From contig NC_134471.1 in assembly GCF_964194025.1 (NCBI RefSeq), positions 19,654,001 to 19,718,000 on the forward strand: 64,000 bases of DNA. The letters run 5' to 3'. Shown one piece after another: positions 36,071-50,900 of the stretch. How positions within the stretch are numbered: position 1 is the first letter of the stretch; every line of letters begins with the position of its first letter. The stretch is from Convolutriloba macropyga. Lineage: Eukaryota. Under the pieces are notes generated by a model. The model did not search any database and was not told the DNA's origin. It was given only the letters and a program-made list of their open reading frames with translations. The translations under genes and the position numbers were made by a program.

Positions 36071-38820
36071 CTAAACAATACAAAAAGGCTGATTTACTTG
36101 TTAGTTGTTCCGTCTTCATGTTTCTTAATCAAATGACAGATTCAGTAATAATTTTGTTTTGATAAGTTTTATTTTCATAGAATCAAATATAATTGCCAGA
36201 ATTTGTGTTGTCTTGTTGTGTTGACATAATTGATAATTGAACTTGCCTATTTTTCCCAAAAACTTTTAAGATGCGACAACGTTGAGCTAGGTTTTTCTCT
36301 TCGCTATTTGCCAGGAGTGTTCGAAAATTGATTCAAACTAGAAGGTTCTTTAATGTGCGTTTGCACATGATGTTCCGACCCGCGCTCATCTACATTTTTC
36401 ACTTAACTGTCAACCAAATGAAGAGAAAATCAAAAATAGATCTTTGAATTTAACAAAATCGTTACACAAACTACTAAATGAGTTAAATAATGCCATGCCT
36501 CATTACAGCACTCACGGGATCGGCCATTAATAAAACTACACGAGAAAAAAAACAAGCAACAAAATGAGCAAAAACAAAAACATTTTCTACGGCAAAAATT
36601 CAACATCTAAACTTAAAAGCACGTAGTAACAACATCGAAATATAATCAGATAAAACCTTAACTACACAAAATAATTTTTTTTACTACAAAGCGGATGGGA
36701 CTTTCTTTATATTAATGAAACTCGGCAAAAAGTCAAAAAGAACAAATGGTTGGCCGTGACTCAAGAATCAACCAAAATAATTAAAACCAATTGTTTTCAA
36801 ACGTCTTGATAACCATTAGCTTTTAACGAACAAATTCTTGATACATTTACTAAAAAGTCAGTAACCAATCAAACGGACCTTTCCTTGGTTAAAATAAGCC
36901 ACGGAAACGGGCTAAAGATGAAGCGAAACTGAAAAAAATTACAAACAGTTTGCTAAAACACAAATTATTGAAGCCATTAAAATCTTTCCATGTTATCTGA
37001 ATTTTATGTTTTTTGTTTCAAATGTTTTTTAAACTAATTCTTTAAATTAAACTGAAAGATTAATTATGTTTACTTGGACTTCATTCGAAAACTATTGGAA
37101 TCTGGTGTTACGCGAATGTGCTTAAAGAAGAGAAAAGGAACACAAACATTGACCACCAAAAAAACTTCTATTAAAACGCATATTGTCCAACGAACAAAAA
37201 ATCGGTTACGACGTAATATCAAAAAACACGCTAATTTTTGAATTACAAGGAAGTGGATAGGGCATTTCGATGATGAGAAATAGATACAATTTGACTAATA
37301 TAACAACAAAAACTTAAAGTTTTTTAAAAATTTTGAAAAGGAATAATATCAAAAACTTTAAGGCTATTTGCTATAAATTTAATGCATTGAGCAACTTCAT
37401 TTTTTCAACCCTCAATTAGAAGCCTCTGAAATTTTTCGGCATTTTACGACTACATAAAGAATAAAAAACTGGCAGAAACATTAAATTGAAAAAAAAATTG
37501 AAAGAAATGTGTCGTTAAAGAAAGCCGTTAAAAAATGAACCATTCAGTAAAAACTTTTTCATTTTCAAATCAGTTTTCAACAACAATAGAGTTTTTAATT
37601 GGAAATTTTTGACTTCAAAACAACCAACATATGAACAAGTAATTTTAAACCCCGAAATTTTGAGAAAAGCCGTAATATCAAAGCCATAAAATTCTATAGC
37701 TTTCAACGGAAGTCAATAAATAATAAAGTATAATAAATTTTGCCTCAATGGGAAGGAAATGATTTTTGTCAATCTTAAACCATCAATAAGTCCTGACAAT
37801 AATTCGTTTGACTATGAAAACTACCACAAATGCAGGTAAAAACCAAAAAATCAGTAGAAAAGTGCAAGAAGACAGTGTCGAGGCCATCAAAACCATACGT
37901 TTTTCTCGGAAAAACCTTTCTTTGATCAGTTGAACGTCTTTTCTAAGGCAATGGGAACTGTCAATAATAAGATAATTGGATAAGATTCCAATGGGAACCA
38001 AAATTGTGAAATAACCAAGAATTTAAAAAAAACTTTTTGAAAAGTTCTAACATTGAAGTCATGAAGACAATAGTTAGAAGATAGGACCGCTAAGTAGATT
38101 AATTCTGGTTTTATTTTGGTTGCAGTAAAAAGGAAGTGAGCCCTGTCAATATGAGACTGGCTTAGAGTTAACAAAAACAAGTTTAATATCTGTAAATATT
38201 CAAAAAAATTTTGGAAAAATTTTTTTTAAAGTCTTAACAGCCATTAGCTGTGCACTCAATTTTCCAAATCATTTCACTTCAGGCTCTTTAGGAAGCCTAT
38301 GGTACTTTTAGTCAACAATTCTATGCCATGTGATTTCAAAATTTTTCTGAAATCTCGAAAAGAAACTCAAAATTTAATTAAAAATTGCGAAAACTCATAT
38401 TCGGAGCATAAAAAACATGAGTGACTCTTGAAAACGAATTGTTTGTTCTTTGGACATCTTTTCACTGTAAATGAGTTTTTTTTCAAGAGAACCTTTTTTT
38501 GAAAGGTGTCCACTCTCTATATGACTTGAAAAAAATATGAAAGGTTTTTAAAAAAAAAACAGCTCTCAAATAGAAATAAAATTTTTTTGATAGTGAACTT
38601 CCCTATGAGACAAAAACTAGCGTTTTTATGGCCTTTTTGCCTGTTAGAAAAACAGAATTGTTTTATTTGTACTATAAAGTGTATTTTGATTTAAGTTTGT
38701 AATTGAAAAAAATCTTAATTTGAACAAAATTTATGCTAAAAGTGAACTAAACATGACAAACATCAAGTGTTCACGCAAAATTTTAAAACTCAATTACTCC
38801 TCGAAAAAAAAACGAAATTC

Positions 38821-39674
38821 AAAAAAATCTTTTTAATTCTGAACTCTACGCTGGACGAGCTTTTTAGTGATACCGCTCACATTTCTCTACGATGATTATA
38901 TCGATCGGACAAATTTGAATTAGAGCGTTGATTTGAATTGTTCGGTTCTTTAATTAATATAAAAAAGATCGATTTTTTTTAAAAAGACCGTTCGATTACA
39001 ATCCGAATTATGTTTGGATTGTAACTTTCCAAGATTTGTCCAAATCTAGCACTGCTAATCTTGTTTTGTCCATTTGGAACACTTAATTTTTCAAATGTTA
39101 TAGAAACAGATAATTTATTAGTTAAAAAATCAAAAAAGACGCTGCGTTTTTGATAATCAACAAGTAAAGTTCGCAAAAAACGGCACAGTTTTAATTTCAG
39201 AGCAATCTCAACGGATGTTGATGTACAAATAGCCCCCTTTTGAGTCTACAAAGATTGTGTTAGTGGTGTTTGGTTGTATGCTTCAGACAAATTTAATCAA
39301 AGTGGACTAAAGGAGCCTATTTTGTGCTGTTTTTGATGAAAAAAAACTGTATTTCGAAATGTTTAGCCACAATTTTTGACAAAAAATAAAATAAAAATAG
39401 TCGACAACGTTTTTTGATTTTAAAAATAAAATCAGCAGCACTATTTATAAAAAAAATTAACAAGTTTTAGCAAAATTGAGGAAATTTTGGGCAAAATTAC
39501 CGGAAAATCTGAATAAAAACAACGGAATTCACTCAATTTTAATCAGAAGTCTAAACCTCGATAACTCCTTGTAAAAAACAAAAATAAAAAATCTTTTTAA
39601 TCCCATATTCTACGCTGGACAAGCTTTCTAATGATACCAGTCTCACTCAACTCTCTACGATGAATATATCGATC
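38821..39674 (+). repeat. ~85-bp direct repeat pair (38821-38906, 39586-39674), probably DNA-transposon debris
   Basis: aaaatctttttaat...tctacgctggac.agcttt..a.tgatacc...ctctacgatga.tatatcgatc occurs twice. Confidence 0.6.
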
Positions 39675-39810
39675 CCCCAAAATTGTCTGAACAAAAAAAC
39701 CCATTTGAGTATATAGTTCCTCCCCCCACAAGTGGAGTTGGAGCAATAACCAAAGGAAAGGAACTGTTTTATCTGAAAATGAAATTGATCATTTCGAATG
39801 TGGTATTTTT

Positions 39811-40468
39811 TTTAAATTGGTTGATTTTTTAGCCCCTTTTCAATAAAAATTTTTAAATGCGCATCTTTTGATTTAATTTGAAATTTGAACTGTTTAGTTT
39901 TGCTTTTCTCTGGTTTATCTTCGACGACAGTATTTGTTTTAAAATGTTCGATGAATTATCAAGTAATAACGCCCTTTCTCAACAAAAATTTTGAATTGTG
40001 CATCATTTGATTTGATTTGAAATGCGAACTGTTTAGTTTTGCTGTTTTTGGTTTATCCTCGAAGGCAGTATATGTTTTAATTTGGTTAATGCGTTATTTT
40101 CAAGTAATATCGCACCTTTTCAACAAAAATTTTGGATTCCGCTTCATTTGATTTGATTTGAAATGTGTGGTTAGTTTTGCTGTTTTTGGTTTATATTCGA
40201 AGCTAATATTTGTTTAAAATTGGTTGATGAATGATTTTCAAGTAATAGCGCACCTTTTCAACAAAAATTTTGAAATGCGCATCATTTGATTTGAAATGTG
40301 AACTGTCTAGTTTTACTGTTTTTTTGTTTCTATTCGGAGTTAATATTTGTTTTAAATTGGTTGATAAATTATCAAGCGATAGAGCGCCTTTTCAACAAAA
40401 ATTTCGACATGTTCATCATTTGATTTGATTTTAAATGTGAACTTCTTCGTTTTGGTGTTTTTTGGTTT
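39811..40468. repeat. ~140-bp minisatellite, ~4.7 diverged copies
   Basis: Anchor cc.ttt.caac/taaaaattt recurs at about 39833, 39972, 40114, 40253 and 40387. Confidence 0.85.
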
Positions 40469-41749
40469 TAAACATTTTTTTATTTTTGTCAAGTGGCTGA
40501 GAGTTTATCTTCGTTTATTTTTTTGATTTTTTTTGTAAAAGAACTCAAATTTGTTGTTTTATTGTTATTACAAGTATTGGTGGCACTTTGTAAAATTTTG
40601 TTTTAAACTTATTAGCTTTAAATTTGCGGTATTGTTGTATGGTAATCTACTGTGGCAGTTTTGTTAGCTAATTTTGTTTTGGTATACATTGAGCTTAGTT
40701 TTGAAATCAAAATGCGTAATTTTTGTGTACACATAAGCTTTCCCTTTCAAAGTGATTTTGGTTACTCTAACTGGAGGGCGTAACATCACTTTATGCATCA
40801 CACTGTAATCAAAGCTTAAACGAAGTCAAGATTGTAAACTCATCCATTTTTGAAACAAATTCATGGATTCATAAAAATTGAGATGTAATATGTTTTTATT
40901 CTATCTCTCATCTCTTTTTCTCGAAAAGACTGCAGCGAATTATAAGTGAGCAGTTGAGCCGGTTTTCTTAGATCAAATTTTATTTGTGTTTTTGGGTTTT
41001 TTAGCAGTTTGTTTCTTTAATCAATCCCTGTTGATCTTTTTTGGCATGAAAATGATTTATGTACTCATTTTTGGAAATTTCAGCTTTTCAAAAGGTTTCT
41101 TGTACTTTGGAAGGTTTCAGTTATTCAAAAATTTTTTGTCATTTTTTAAGAAGATTCTTGGTTTTTCGTGATTCTTGTTTTTCGTAATGAAGTTGCCTAA
41201 TAAGATCTGTTTTTATAGCTGACGAATACTGCTGGTTTTTCTATTGCTTTTCCTTTTTGCGTTTAAATTGCAACTGTAGAAAACACCTTGTGTTTTTTTT
41301 AAAACAAAAAGTAAATTTTTGATAGTTGCGATGACATAAAAAGGTACAGTTGTTATACAGGTTTGGATGTTGTGCCACTTGTTTTTTTTTGTTTGACAAG
41401 TGTAGCAGCATATGTTCAGATTTCCTTTCTGTTAGCAACTCTAGTATAGAAAATTGGCTGTTCTGTCTCTCTTATATTTTAAACTGTGGATAAAGTGACG
41501 CAAAGCACTATTAGCGTGGAGACTTCTAAAAACTTTCGAAACAGTTGCTTTCATTTGTTGATGTCTGTATATACGGGTAACATAGTGCAGCTGTAGGAAT
41601 TCATTTATTAGTTCATTATTTCTGGTCTCAATATTACTGCATACAGGTCAGGTCTTGGAGCAGCACAGTTTTGTCCCGTTTCCTATCCTTTCCAGGTGTA
41701 TGTAAAATAAATAATCTGTTTGTGTTTAACTTGATTGCCTGGCTGAATA

Positions 41750-41751
<2 letters not shown>

Positions 41752-41825
<74 letters not shown>

Positions 41826-41826
41826 A
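41752..41826. repeat. (CT)n microsatellite
   Basis: Directly visible. Confidence 0.95.
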
Positions 41827-41980
41827 ATAAGTTTAGTTAAATTTCGAAAACTGACAATTTGGAAAATATTGAGTTTTCAAAAATGCTTATGAAAACTTGG
41901 TATGTACACCTTGCGCTATCCTAATTTTAAAACTGATGATTGAATAAAGTATTTTACTAAAAAAATCCAGAATAATTTTG

Positions 41981-44900
41981 TGAAATATGTTGTTGACCTA
42001 TTTAATCTCGTCCGTTTCACCCTCTCGCAGAACTTAAAACTAATAAATAGCACAAATGGCTCTGATTGTTTTAACAAAAAGCCTCTCGATAAAGCATAGA
42101 AATATAGAAAGAAAAACTTAATCAATTTATCATCTTGAAACACTTATGACAACACTCTTGTATGAAGGGCATAAAAAAGAAAAACTTTTGCTAATTCTTA
42201 TGTCTATTTTTCCTACAAAATATAATTAAGTCCTGCCAACAGCAGTGTTGAGTACATAGAAAAAACTTACAGAACTGTTAAGATTTGTTTTGCAACATTT
42301 TCTATTATCATGTACAAGAAACTGCTGAATAGTGAGTTTGAAGGATCAGTTAATTTATCAAGAAAGCAAAACTCGGTACGTTAAAGTCAAATCTTATGAG
42401 ACTTGAGTTGCAATTTGAATTGCGTTTCGGAGAGGAAATTTGTGACGCAAACTGATTTCAACCCTTGATAAAAATTAAGTGTAATCTTCTGGAGTAAATT
42501 TCTAAAACTTTATAATTAGTTCCAAAGATAGCAGAATCAGTTATTTTTATCAAAGAAGGAGAAATTGATTGTCGGAACTAACACAGCTCACTAAGCAAGT
42601 TTCGTGGCCATTTGAATTGCGATTTGAAGAGAGAATGTATGACGCGAATCGATTTAAAAAAAATCTAATCTTTCTGAATAAATTTCAAAGCCACATCATG
42701 AAGCCTTTTTGTTTATATACAATAAGATACTACATTTATGAGTTTTTGAGACAAATTTTTACGTAGTTTATTTTTTTAATAACAGCCAAATTGAATGGTT
42801 ATTTAGAGCAATATGCAATAGCTTTCTGATGAGTATAAAACGAGTGTAACTTACTGAATAGTGTAACGAATTTGCCAAAAATGCAAAGAGGCAAGAGTTA
42901 AAGAACGCTTTTTAATTGCTCTTGAATGAATATGTTGTTGAGCTAATTAATCTCGTCCGTTTCACCCTCTCACAGAACTTAAAACTAATCAATTACACAA
43001 ATGGCTGTGATTGTTTTAACAAAAAAGGCTCTCGATCAAGCATCGAAAAATAGAAAGAGAATTTAATCAGTTTATCAACTTGAAACACATATGACCACAC
43101 TCTGTTATGAAACGCATAAAAAAGAAAACGTTTTGCTAATTCTCATGTCTATTTTTCCTACAAATTCTAAATAAGTGCTGCCAATAGCACAGTTGACTAC
43201 ATAGAAAAAATTTACAGAACTGTTAAATTTTGTTTTGCAACATTTTATATTATCATGTACAAGAAACTGCTGAATCGTGAGTTTGAAGAATCACTTAATT
43301 TATCAAGAAAGCAAAACTCGATAAGTTAAAGGTAAATCTTATGAGACTTGAGTTGGAATTTGAATTGCGTTTCGGAGAGTAAATTTTTGACACAAACTGA
43401 TTTTAACCTTTGATAAAAATTAAGTGTAATCTTCTGGAGTAAATTTCTAAAACTTTGTAATTAGTTCCAAAGATAGCAGAATCAGTTATTTTTAGCACAG
43501 AAGGAGAAATTGATTGTCGGAAGTAACACAGCTCACTAAGCTAAGCAAGTTTCGTGGCCATTTGAATTGCGATTTGAAGAGAGAATTTATGACGCGAATC
43601 GATTTTAAAAAAAAATAAAATCTAATCTTTCTGAATAAATTTCAAAGCCACATCATGAAGCCTTTTTGTTTATATACAATAAGATACTACCATTTATGAG
43701 TTTTTGTGACAAATTTTTACGTAGTTTTTTTAAATAACAGCCAAATTGAATGGTTATTTAGAGCAATATGCAATAGCTTTCTGATGAGTATAAAACGAGT
43801 ATAACTTACTAAATAGTGTAACGAAGTTGCCATAAATTCAAGGAGGCAAGAGTAAAGAACGCTTTTTGATTGCTCTTGAATGAATACGTTGTTGACCTAT
43901 TTAATCTCGTCCGTTTCACCCTCTCGCAGAACTTAAAACTAATTAATTACACAAATGCCTCTGATTGTTTTAACAAAAAGCTTCTCGATCAAGCATAGAA
44001 AAATAGAAAGAAAAAATTAATCATTTTATCATCTTGAAACACTTATGACAACACTCTTGTATGAAGGGCATAAAAAAAGAAAAAGTTTTGCTAATTCTTA
44101 TGTCTATTTTTTCTACAAAATATAAATAAGTCCTGCCAGCAGCAGGGTTGAGTACATAGAAAAAACTTACAGAACTGTTAAGATTTGTTTTGCAACATTT
44201 TATATTATCATGTACAAGAAACTGCTGAATCGTGAGTTTGAAGAATCAGTTAATTTATCAAGAAAGCAAAACTCGGTACGTTAAAGTCAAATGTTATGAG
44301 ACTTGAGTTGCAATTTGAATTGCGTTTCGGAGAGGAAATTTGTGACACAAACTCATTTCAACCTTTGATAAAAATTCAGTGTAATCTTCTGGAGTAAATT
44401 TCTAAAACTTTCTAATTAGTTCCAAAGATAGCAGAATCAGTTATTTTTATCAAAGAAGGAGAAATTGATTGTCGGAAGTAACAGAGCTCACTAAGCAAGT
44501 TTTGTGGCTGTTTGAATTGCGATTTGAAGACAGAATTTATGACGCGAATCGATTTAAAAAAAATCTAATATTTCTGAATAATTTTCAAAGCCACATCATG
44601 AAGCCTTTTTGTTTATATACAATAAGATACTACCATTTATGAGTTTTTGTGACCGATTTTTACGTAGTTTTTTTTAATAACAGCCAAATTGAATGGTTTT
44701 TTAGAGCAATATGAAATAGCTTTCTGATGAGTATAAAACGAGTGTAACTTTCTAAAAAGTGTAACGAAGTTGCCAAAAATTCAGGGAGGCAAGAGTTAAA
44801 GAACGCTTTTTAATTGCTCTTGAATGAATATGTTGTTGACCTATTTAATCTCGTCCGTTTCACCCTCTCGCAGAACTTAAAACTTATTATTTACACAAAT

Positions 44901-47900
44901 GGCTGTGATTGTTTTAACAAAAAGCCTATCGATCAATCATAGAAAAATAGAAAGAAAAATTTATTCAGTTTATCATCTTGAAACATTTATGACAACACTC
45001 TTGTATGAAAGGCATAAAAAAGAAAAAGTTTTGCTAATTCTTATTTCTATTTTTCCTACAAAATATAAATAAGTCCTGCCAACAGCAGAGTTGAGTACAT
45101 AGAAAAGACTTACAGAACTGTTAAGATTTGTTTTGCAACATTTTATATTATCATGTACAAGAAACTGCTGAATCGTGAGTTTGAAGAATCACTTAATTTA
45201 TCAAGAAAGCAAAACTCGGTACGTTAAAGGTAAATTTTATGAGACTTGAGTTGCAATTTGAATTGCGTTTTGGAGAGGAAATTTGTGACACAAACTGATT
45301 TCAACCTTTGATAAAAATTAAGTGTAATCTTCTGGAGTAAATTTCTAAAACTTTCTAATTAGTTCCAAAGATAGCAGAATCAGTTATTTTTATCAAAGAA
45401 GGAGAAATTGATTGTCTGAAGTAACACAGCTCACTAAGCAAGTTTCGTGGCTGTTTGAATTGCGATTTGAAGACAGAATTTATGACGCGAATTGATTTAA
45501 AAAAAATAATATATAATATTTCTGAATAAATTTCAAAGCCACATCATGAAGCCTTTTTGTTTTTTTTACAATAAGATACTACCATTTATGAGTTTTTGAG
45601 ACAAATTTTTTTCGTAGTATCTTTTTTTAATAACAGCCAAATTGAATGGTTATTTAAAGCAATTTGCAATAGCTTTCTGATGAGTATAAAACGAGTGTAA
45701 CTTACTAAATAGTGTAACGAATTTGCCAAAAATCCAGAGAGGCAAGAGTTAAAGAACGCTTTTTAATTGCTCTTGAATGAATATGTTGTTGAGCTATTTA
45801 ATCTCGTCCGTTTCACCCTCTCGCAAAACTTAAAACTTATTAATTACACAAATGGCTGTGATTGTTTTAACAAAAAGCCTCTCGATCAATCATAGAAAAA
45901 TAGAAAGAAGAATTTATTCAGTTTATCATCTTGAAACATTTATGACAACACTCTTGTATGAAAGGCATAAAAAAGAAAAAGTTTTGCTAATTCTTATGTC
46001 TATTTTTCCTACAAAATATAAATAAGTCCTGCCAACAGCAGAGTTGAGTACATAGAAAAAACTTACAGAACTGTTAAGATTTGTTTTGCAACATTTTATA
46101 TTATCATGTACAAGAAACTGCTGAATCGTGAGTTTGAAGAATCACTTAATTTATCAAGAAAGCAAAACTCGATACGTTAAAGGTAAATCTTATGAGACTT
46201 GAGTTGCAATTTGAATTGCATTTCCGAGAGGAAATTTGTGACACAAACTGATTTCAACCCTTGATAAAAATTAAGTGTAATCTTCTGGAGTAAATTTCTA
46301 AAACTTTGTAATTAGTTCCAAAGATAGCAGAATCAGTTATTTTTATCAAAGAAGGAGAAATTGATTGTTGGAAGTAATACAGCTAACTAAACAAGTTTCG
46401 TGGCCATTTGAATTGCGATTTAAAGAAATAAAATCATGTTTCTGAATAAATTTTAAAGCCACATCATGAAGCCTTTTTGTTTATATACAATAAGATACTA
46501 CAATTTATGAGTTTTTGAATCAAGTTTTTACGTAGTTTCTTTTTTTGATAACAGCCAAATTGAATGGTTATTTAGAGCAATATGCAATAGCTTTCTGATG
46601 AGTATAAAACGAGTGTAACTTACTAAATAGTGTAACGAAGTTGCCAAAAATGCAAAGAGGCAAGAGTTAAAGAACGCTTTTTAATTGCTCTTGAATGAAT
46701 ATGTTGTTGACCTATTTAATCTCGTCCCTTTCACCCTCTCGCAGAACTTAAAACTAATCAATTACACAAATGGCTCTGATTGTTTTGACAAAAAGCCTCT
46801 CGATCAAGCATAGAAAAATAGAAAGAAAAATTTATTCAGTTTATCATCTTGAAACACTTATGACAAAACTCTTGTATGAAACGCATAAAATTGAAAACGT
46901 ATTGCTAATTCTTATGTCTATTTTTCCTACAAAATCTAAATAAGTGCTGCCAATAGCACAGTTGACTACATAGAAAAAATTTTACAGAACTGTTAATTTT
47001 TGTTATGCAACATTTTATATTATCAAGTACAAGAAACTGCTGAATCGTGAGTTTGAAGAATCACTTAATTTATTAAGAGAGCAAAACTCGATACGTTAAG
47101 GTTAAACCTTATGAGACTTGAGTTGCAATTTGAACTGCGTTTCGGAGAGGAAATTTTTGACACAAACTGATTTCAATCTTTGATAAAAAATTAAGTGTAA
47201 TCTTGTGGACTAAATTTCTAAAACTTTGTAATTAGTTCCAAAGATAGCAGAATCAGTTGTTTTTATCAAAGAAGGAGAAATTGATTGTCGGAAGTAACAC
47301 AGCTCACTAAGCAATCTTCGTGGCCATTTGAATTGTGATGTGAAGACAGACTTTATGACTCGAATCGATTTTTAAAAAAATTAAAATCTAATATTTCTGA
47401 ATAAATTTCAGAGCCACATTATGAAGCCTTTTTGTTTATATACAATAAGATACTACATTTATGAGTTTTTGAGACAAATTTTTACGTAGTTTATTCTATT
47501 AATAACAGTCAAATTGAATGGTTATTTAGAGCAATATGCAATAGCTTTCTGATGAGTATAAAACGAGTGTAACTTACTAAATAATGTAATGAGTTGCCAA
47601 AAATGCAAAGAGGCAAGAGTTAAAGAACGCGTTTTAATTGCTCTTGAATGAATATGTTGTTGACCTATTTAATCTCGTCGGTTTCACCCTCTCGCAGAAT
47701 TTAAAACTTATTAATTACACAAATGGCTCTGATTGTTTTAACAAAAAGCCTCTCGATCAAGCATAGAAAAATAGAAAGAAAATTTAATCAGTTTATCATC
47801 TTGAAACACTTATGACAACACTCTGGTATGAAACGCATAAAAAAGAAAACCTTTTGTTAATTCTCATGTCTATTTTCCCTACAAAATCTAAATAAGTGCT

Positions 47901-50900
47901 GCCAATAGCACAGTTGACTACATAGAAAAAATTTTACAGAACTGTTAATTTTTGTTATGCAAAATTTTATATGATCATTTACAAGAAACTGCTGAATCGT
48001 GAGTTTGAAGAATCACTTAATTTACCAAGAAAGCAAAACTCGATACGTTAAAGGTAAATATTATGAGACTTGAGTTGCAATTTGAATTGCGTCTCGGAGA
48101 GGAAATTTGTGACGCAAACTGATTTTAACCTTTGATAAAAATTAAGTTTAATCTTCTGGAGTAAATTTCTACAACTTTGTAATTAGGTCCAAAATAGCAG
48201 AATCGGTTATTTTTATCAAAGAAGGAGAAATTGATTGTCGGAAGTAACACAGCTCACTAAGCGAGTTTCGTGGCCATTTGAATTGCGATTTGAAGACAGA
48301 ATTTATGACGCGAATTGATTTAAAAAAATAAAATCATCTTTCTGAATAAACTTCAAATTCACATCATGAAGCCTTTTTTTAATATACAATAAGATACTAC
48401 CATATATGAGTTTTTGAGACAAATTTTTACGTAGTATCTTTTTTTAATAACAGCCAAATTGAATGGTTATTTAGAGCAATATGCAATAGCTTTCTGATGA
48501 GTATAAAAGGAGTATAACTTGCTAATTAGTGTAACGAAGTTGCCAAAAATTCAAGGAGGCAAATGTTAAAGAACGCTTTTTAATTGCTCTTGAATGAATA
48601 TGTTGTTGACCTATTTAATCTCGTGCGTTTCTCCCTCTCGCTGAACTTAAAACTAATCAATTGCACAAATGGCTCTGATTGTTTTAACAAAAAGCCTCTC
48701 GATCAAGCATAGAAAAATATAAAGAAAAATTTAATCAGTTTATCATCTTTAAACAGTTATGACAACACTCTGGTATGAAACGCATAAAAAAGAAAAAGTT
48801 TTGCTAATTCTCATGTCTGTTTTTTCTACAAATTCTAAAGAAGTGCTGCCAACACCACAGTTGACTACATAGAAAAAACTTACCGAACCGTTAAAATTTG
48901 TATTGCAACATTTTATATTATGTACAAGAAGCTGCTGAATCGTGAGGTTGAAGAATCACTTAATTTATCAAGAAAGCAAAACTCGATACGTTAAAGGTAA
49001 ATCTTATGAGACTTGAGTTGCAATTCGAATTGCGTCTCGGAGAGGAAATTTGCGACGCAAACTGATTTTAACCTTTGATAAAAATTAAGTGTAATCTTCT
49101 GGAGTAAAGTTCTAAAACTTTGTAATTAGGTCCAAAGATAGCAGAATCAGTTATTTTTATCAAAGAAGGAGAAATTGATTGTCGGAAGTAACACAGCTCA
49201 CTAAGCGAGTTTCGTGGCAATTTGAATTGCGATTTGAAGACAGATTTTATGACGCGAATTGATTTTAAAAAAATAAAATCATCTTTCTGAATAAACTTCA
49301 AAGTTACATCATGAAGACTTTTTGTTTATATACAATAAGATACTACCATATATGAGTTTTTGAGACAAATTTTTACGTAGTATCTTTTTTAATAACAGCC
49401 AAATTGAATGGTTATTTAGAGCAATATGCAATAGCTTTCTGATGAGTATAAAACGAGTGTAACTTAATAAATAGTGTAACGAAGTTGCCAAAAATGCAAA
49501 GAGGCAAGAGTTAAAGAACGCTGTTTAATTGCTCTTGAATGAATATGTTGTTGACCTATTTAATCTCGTGCGTTTCTCCCTCTCGCTGAACTTAAAACTA
49601 ATCAATTGCACAAATGGCTCTGATTGTTTTAACAAAAAGCCTCTCGATCAAGCATAGAAAAATAGAAAGAAAAATTTATTCAGTTTATCATCTTGAAACA
49701 CTTATGACAAAACTCTTGTATGAAACGCATAAAATTGAAAACGTATTGCTAATTCTTATGTCTATTTTTCCTACAAAATCTAAATAAGTGCTGCCAATAG
49801 CACAGTTGACTACATAGAAAAAATTTTACAGAACTGTTAATTTTTGTTATGCAACATTTTATATTATCATGTACAAGAAACTGCTGAATCGTGAGTTTGA
49901 AGAATCACTTAATTTATCAAGAAAGCAAAACTTGATACGTTAAAGGTAAATCTTATGAGACTTGAGTTGCAATTTGAATTGCGTTTTGGAGAGGAAATTT
50001 GTGACGCAATTTGATTTTAACCTTTGATAAAAAATTAAGTGTAATCTTCTGGAGTAAGTATTTAAAACTTTGTAATTAGGTCCGAAGATAGCAGAATCAG
50101 TTAATTTTATCAAGGAAGGAGAAATTGATTGTCGGAAGTAACACAGCTCACTAAGCAAGTTTCGTGGGCATCTGAATTGCGATTTGAAGACAGACTTTAT
50201 GACGCGAATCGATTTTTAAAAAAATTAAAGTCTAATCCTTCTGAATAAGTTTCAAAGCCACATCATGAAGCCTTTTTGTTTTTATACAAAAAGATACTAC
50301 ATTTATGAGTTTTTGAGACAAATTTTTACGTAGTTTATTTTTTTAATAACAGCCAAATTGAATGGTTATTTAGAGCAATATGCAATAGCTTTCTGATGAG
50401 TATAAAACGAGTGTAACTTACTAAATAGTGTAACGAAGTTGCCAAAAATGCAAAGAGGCAAGAGTTAAAGAACGCTTTTTAATTGCTCTTGAATGAATAT
50501 GTTGTTGACCTATTTAATCTCGTGCTTTTCTCCCCCTCGCTGAACTTAAAACTAATCAATTGCACAAATGGCTCTGATTGTTTTAACAAAAAGCCTCTCG
50601 ATCAAGCATAGAAAAATAGAAAGAAAAATTTAATCAGTTTATCATCTTTAAACTGTTATGACAACGCTCTGGTATGAAACGCATAAAGAAGAAAAAGTTT
50701 TGCTAATTCTCATGTCTAATTTTTCTACAAAATCTAAAGAAGTGCTGCCAACAGCACAGTTGACTACATAGAAAAAAGTTACCAAACTGTTAAAATTTGT
50801 TTTGCAATATTTTATTTTATGTACAAGAAACTGCTGAATCATGAGTTTGAAGAATCACTCAATTTATCAAGAATGCAAAACTCGATACGTTAAATGTAAA

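Larger units (their letters stand above)
32975..38189 (-). pseudogene. Possible decayed rhodopsin-class GPCR (LGR/RXFP/GRL101-like) fragments
   Basis: Minus-strand segments in 7TM order: ELIYLAVLSS (TM2-like); IILLLTVPIALEK (TM3 end; compare LLLTFLTLEK of RXFP); frameshift; LLIFWFLPAF (TM4); exon 33936-33735 with good splice sites ending HPSTFCIP (ECL2 Cys); KRFLTIILAN (TM6-like). Stops and MITE insertions present. Confidence 0.25.
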
